DNA of 64,000 nucleotides from positions 192,001-256,000 of the forward strand of contig JBFWJC010000004.1 in the NCBI GenBank assembly GCA_050253415.1, written 5' to 3'. Position numbers and translations under genes: made by a program. Of the stretch, positions 60,547 to 64,000 are shown one piece after another. This stretch comes from Pedobacter sp. (lineage in GTDB: Bacteria > Desulfobacterota > Desulfuromonadia > Desulfuromonadales > Syntrophotaleaceae). The number at the start of each line of letters is the position of its first letter. Position 1 is the first letter of the stretch. The notes beneath the pieces are model-generated. The model saw nothing but the letters and a program-made list of their open reading frames with translations, was not told the origin of the DNA and made no database searches.

Positions 60547-61557
60547 ATGAAACGCATCCTGTTACTTTTCGCCCTGTGTCTGGCGGTCGGCACCCCCGGC
60601 GCCTGGGCGGCCAATCGCACCGGCTCCATAGACATGCAGTTCGATCTTTCATCCCAACCGAAAAACGCCGCGGTGCGCCTGTGGATCCCTTACCCGGTAT
60701 CCGATCTCCACCAGACCATCAGCAATATCCAGTGGAACGGTAACTACGCCACCGCAGCCATCTACACCGACCAAATCAACGGCACCCCGGCCCTGTACGT
60801 GGAGTGGCCCAAAGGCACGGACCATCGCCAGCTGAAGCTCAGCTTCAGCGTCGAGCGCCATGAGATCCTGCGCGGCACCCTGCCCGGCGAAGAACCCGCC
60901 TGGAATGCGGCCGACTACGCCGAGTACCTGGCGCCCACCCGGCTCGGCCCCATCGACGGCGCCGTAAAGGAACTTGCGACCGCCATCGTCAAGGGTCAGA
61001 CCACCTCCCTGGGCAAGGCCAAGGCGATTTACGACTGGACCGTCGAAAACATGCACCGCGATCCCCAGACCATCGGCTGCGGACGGGGCGATGTGTGCTA
61101 CTTGCTGCAGAACCCCGGCGGCAAGTGCACCGACATCTCTTCGGTCTATGTAGCCCTGTGCCGGGCGGCGGGCGTCCCGGCGCGCGAGGTCTTCGGCCTG
61201 CGCCTCGGGAAAACCGCCCAGCAGGACATCACCAGCTGGCAACACTGCTGGGCCGAAGTCTTCATCCCCGGCGCCGGATGGATCCCTACCGATCCCGCCG
61301 ACGTACGCAAGGCGATGCTGGTCAACAACCTCGAGCTCGACAGCGACAAAGTCCGGGAGCTGCGGGACTATTTCTGGGGCGGTATCGACGCCTACCGCTT
61401 CAAGCTGGCCAGCGGCAGGGATCTGCGCCTCAACCCGGCGCAGGTCGGCCCGGAGCTCAACACCTTCGGCTACCCCTATGCCGAGGTGGACGGCAAGCCC
61501 CTCGATTTTTACGATCCGAAAAGCTTCTCCTACACATTCACCTATCGGGAACAATAG
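60547..61557 (+). CDS. Exported transglutaminase-like protein
   Basis: Signal peptide ending AWA; triad motifs GGKCTD, HCWAE, WIPTDP. Confidence 0.88.
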   Translation: MKRILLLFALCLAVGTPGAWAANRTGSIDMQFDLSSQPKNAAVRLWIPYPVSDLHQTISNIQWNGNYATAAIYTDQINGTPALYVEWPKGTDHRQLKLSFSVERHEILRGTLPGEEPAWNAADYAEYLAPTRLGPIDGAVKELATAIVKGQTTSLGKAKAIYDWTVENMHRDPQTIGCGRGDVCYLLQNPGGKCTDISSVYVALCRAAGVPAREVFGLRLGKTAQQDITSWQHCWAEVFIPGAGWIPTDPADVRKAMLVNNLELDSDKVRELRDYFWGGIDAYRFKLASGRDLRLNPAQVGPELNTFGYPYAEVDGKPLDFYDPKSFSYTFTYREQ

Positions 61558-61642
61558 GTAACGACATCCAGTTGTTGGTATCCCGCTCCGTACAAGACCC
61601 GACCGGTATCCCAGCGGAGGGAGAGCCAACTACCGCACCACG

Positions 61643-61682
61643 AAAAAAGGCCACCCGGGAAAACCCAGGTGGCCTTATTTTT
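61643..61682. terminator. Terminator closing the selenium cluster
   Basis: AAGGCCACCCGGG-AAAA-CCCAGGTGGCCTT flanked by A and T runs. Confidence 0.75.
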
Positions 61683-61820
61683 GACCTCAAAATAGACCGA
61701 CAAGCGACTTTTGAGTGTCTTTAGGGAGACAAGGTACTCATTAACGATAAGCCAACTATCCCCTACCCCAATCCGCTCGAAGACTTTTACCTATAAGACT
61801 GCACTTATTCCAATCCACTA

Positions 61821-61852
61821 CAAGAGTCAAGCAAAGACTTGCCCCCTTTCTT
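61821..61852 (+). repeat. Dispersed motif copy 3
   Basis: CAAGAGTCAAGCAAAGACTTGCCCCCTTT. Confidence 0.8.
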
Positions 61853-62154
61853 ATTGTCCTGTTTTCGAGACCATTCCATTTATTGCCAGCACTAGCCGAT
61901 ATGTGGCATGCCCCACAAACGGGGACATAATTACCACTTGGCGCCACAGTTTGTTTACAGTTACTAACGCATCTTTTATAGGAAGTTACAATCCTGATTA
62001 TTTTTACGCCAACGCCTCTGAATATTCAGATTTTCTATCCAAATATATTTTCTACAATTTTCAGATATCTATTTATTCTGATTAGGGAAAAAGATCCGCT
62101 GGAAGCTAAAACCTTACTTAAATAAGAAAATTGTAACTGCTGATAAATCTTTTT

Positions 62155-62169
62155 CGGCATAGCTGTTGC
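62155..62169 (+). promoter_or_regulatory. Candidate sigma-54 promoter of the PAS-GGDEF gene
   Basis: CGGCATAGCTGTTGC, GG-N10-GC spacing with TTGC. Confidence 0.45.
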
Positions 62170-62264
62170 GCTAATCAGGTTCAGAGATCTTTTTGCATGT
62201 TGGATAGTATCTATCCTGACGCTCCGAAGCTGCTTTTTCGCTTAATACTACCGAGGAATTAGGT

Positions 62265-63854
62265 ATGTATCATCGGTTACTCAATATCTTTATTGCTTCA
62301 CAGAATCATCAACTCGTAACGCTTCTCCAAAGGGTGCAACCCGAGGAAAGGTTTTCCCATCAGTTTCTTTGCTCACCCCATGTCGATGAGACCGACTTGA
62401 GCGACTACTCGGTCATTATCCTTGATTTTGAAAACATCGCACCAGAGTCCCTGGAACGTATTGAGGCAATCAAAGATGACCAGGTTGTCGTGATAGGTTG
62501 TTTTACTTCCGCTAGTTTTCCTATTCTTGCAGAGAATCACCACCTCTTTGACCAGGTCTGGATCAAGCCTTTTGCTGAGGATAAACTCCAGGCCTCCTTT
62601 GCCAGGATTTTAAGGCATCTAAAAGAACGGGAAGAGGCCATCCTTGGCCAAAAATATCTGGATACCCTGATAGACAGTCTGCCTGATCTGATTTGGTTCA
62701 AAGATGCGCAGGGAGCTCACCTGAAAGTCAACGACAGTTTCTGCCGTACCGTCAATAAGACCAAGGCTCAGATAGAAGGCCGCGGACATTATTACATCTG
62801 GGATATTGAACCTGATGAATACGCCCAGGGGGAATATATTTGCCTGGAGTCAGAAGAGATTGTTTTCAACAAAAAGGAAACCTGCCTGTTTGATGAAACG
62901 GTGAAATGCGGTGATGAACTTCGAAAGTTTAAAACCTATAAATCACCGATCTTTGACACCAATGGCGAGGTTATCGGCACAGTTGGGTTCGCCCATGATG
63001 TGACCGACCTGCAGAACTTGCTCATCGAGTTAAATATTTTGATTGAGGGTCTGCCTTTTGCCGTCATGGTGACCGACAAAGACAGGATCATTACGAGTGT
63101 TAACCAAAAATTCATCGACATCTTTGCTCTTGATCGCACCGAGTTCATCGGGAACAATGTTGATTTTTTGATCGATGAATCGAAAACATTCACTCGCAAT
63201 AAAAGATGGATTATTGAGAGAGAAAAAGAAAGAACGTTGCTTCTTTCAAAGAATAAAGTTCTGAAAATTCATGATGAAAGGCTATTGGATATTTTTGGAG
63301 TACTCGCCGGCCATGTGTATCTTTTTGTGGATATAACTCTTGAGCATCAATACAAAAACAAGTTGCTGATCGATGCCCACACCGATCATTTGACCAAATT
63401 GAATAACAGACGCAGTCTTCAGGATTTTATGCGGAAAACCCCCTGTCAGTCAGGTACGGCCCTGTTGCTCACGGATCTTGATAACTTTAAGGAAGTCAAT
63501 GACCAGCATGGTCACGTTGAAGGAGACAGAATACTGGTCGCCTTTTCCGGCTTGCTACAACAGCTGTTTCCCGCTGAAAACCTCTTTCGTCTTGGCGGTG
63601 ATGAATTTGCCATCATGCTTCCTCAGGTGGAAGGTACGGACAGTCCGAAACAGTGCGCTAAGCAACTGCTGGCAGCATTTGAAGTAAAAGTTGCCCAGAA
63701 GTTTCCGCACACCAAAATTTCTGTCAGTATCGGGATTGCCATGGATGTCGATGATGGAGACTTCGGGGAATTGTTCAAAAAAGCAGATATGGCCCTGTAT
63801 GAATCAAAAAAAGCAGGGAAAAGTGTCTACACTCTTGGAGCCAATAGCCTGTGA
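62265..63854 (+). CDS. PAS-PAS diguanylate cyclase with a degenerate receiver-like N-terminus
   Basis: LIDSLPDLIWFKD PAS, DLDNFKEVND.HGH..GD, GGDEF, ADMALY..K..GK. Confidence 0.9.
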   Translation: MYHRLLNIFIASQNHQLVTLLQRVQPEERFSHQFLCSPHVDETDLSDYSVIILDFENIAPESLERIEAIKDDQVVVIGCFTSASFPILAENHHLFDQVWIKPFAEDKLQASFARILRHLKEREEAILGQKYLDTLIDSLPDLIWFKDAQGAHLKVNDSFCRTVNKTKAQIEGRGHYYIWDIEPDEYAQGEYICLESEEIVFNKKETCLFDETVKCGDELRKFKTYKSPIFDTNGEVIGTVGFAHDVTDLQNLLIELNILIEGLPFAVMVTDKDRIITSVNQKFIDIFALDRTEFIGNNVDFLIDESKTFTRNKRWIIEREKERTLLLSKNKVLKIHDERLLDIFGVLAGHVYLFVDITLEHQYKNKLLIDAHTDHLTKLNNRRSLQDFMRKTPCQSGTALLLTDLDNFKEVNDQHGHVEGDRILVAFSGLLQQLFPAENLFRLGGDEFAIMLPQVEGTDSPKQCAKQLLAAFEVKVAQKFPHTKISVSIGIAMDVDDGDFGELFKKADMALYESKKAGKSVYTLGANSL

Positions 63855-63876
63855 TTCGGTGTCTGCCTTTTTGCTG

Positions 63877-63984
63877 AAACGTCTCCCGGTCCTTTTTCCT
63901 CTTGAATACATCTGTTTGTTCGTTGCCTCGCGACGTGACATGGTAAAAGGCTCCTGGATATTCGATTCTTAACAGTCGTGCCAC
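63877..63984 (-). pseudogene. N-terminal fragment of a REP-associated tyrosine (Y1/RAYT-like) transposase
   Basis: Strong RBS AAGGAGGAGG; MARLLRIEYPGAFYHVTSRGNE...F...DRETF, then homology is lost before the HUH motif. Confidence 0.8.
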
Positions 63985-64000
63985 CGCCTCCTCCTTTGAT

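Noticed and set aside
57454..61629. Long minus-strand ORFs (287, 261, 349 and 326 aa)
   Set aside because: Antisense shadows of the selenium cluster genes
1..64000. tRNA, rRNA or GEMM-I riboswitch
   Set aside because: None recognised by eye; a tRNAscan or Infernal search would be needed to exclude them formally

Overview
64 kb of bacterial chromosome. Gene content suggests an anaerobic Desulfuromonadales member (Pelobacter/Syntrophotalea/Geobacter-like); this is an inference. The left ~27 kb is mostly housekeeping: gap, rpsU, a THUMP rRNA methylase, clpS-clpA-aat, hflKC, a porin, yaeQ, RNase H, lemA-TPM-TPM, USP plus a P-type ATPase, tmcAL-like, sfsA and serB. The right ~37 kb is a patchwork of accessory cassettes: three GGDEF proteins, PAS and 7TM histidine kinases, CLC/SulP/APC transporters, an omptin, tag, a YedF/desulfurase/DUF3343-SelD/transglutaminase cluster, and a truncated REP-associated (RAYT-type) transposase. 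I found no rRNA, tRNA or CRISPR array. Highlights: (1) a membrane HAMP-GGDEF with Ser at the nucleotide-specificity position (the Hypr/cGAMP-synthase signature), coupled to a lipoprotein; (2) a 1.1 kb non-coding array of alternating ~205/224 bp structured repeats with variable spacers and compensatory base changes; (3) the selenium cluster; (4) a recurring 14-19 bp motif at cassette borders; (5) a 48-aa CxxC lipoprotein missing from the ORF track; (6) an IHF site next to a DnaA-box cluster; (7) a duplicated hflC 3' end bracketing the porin gene.
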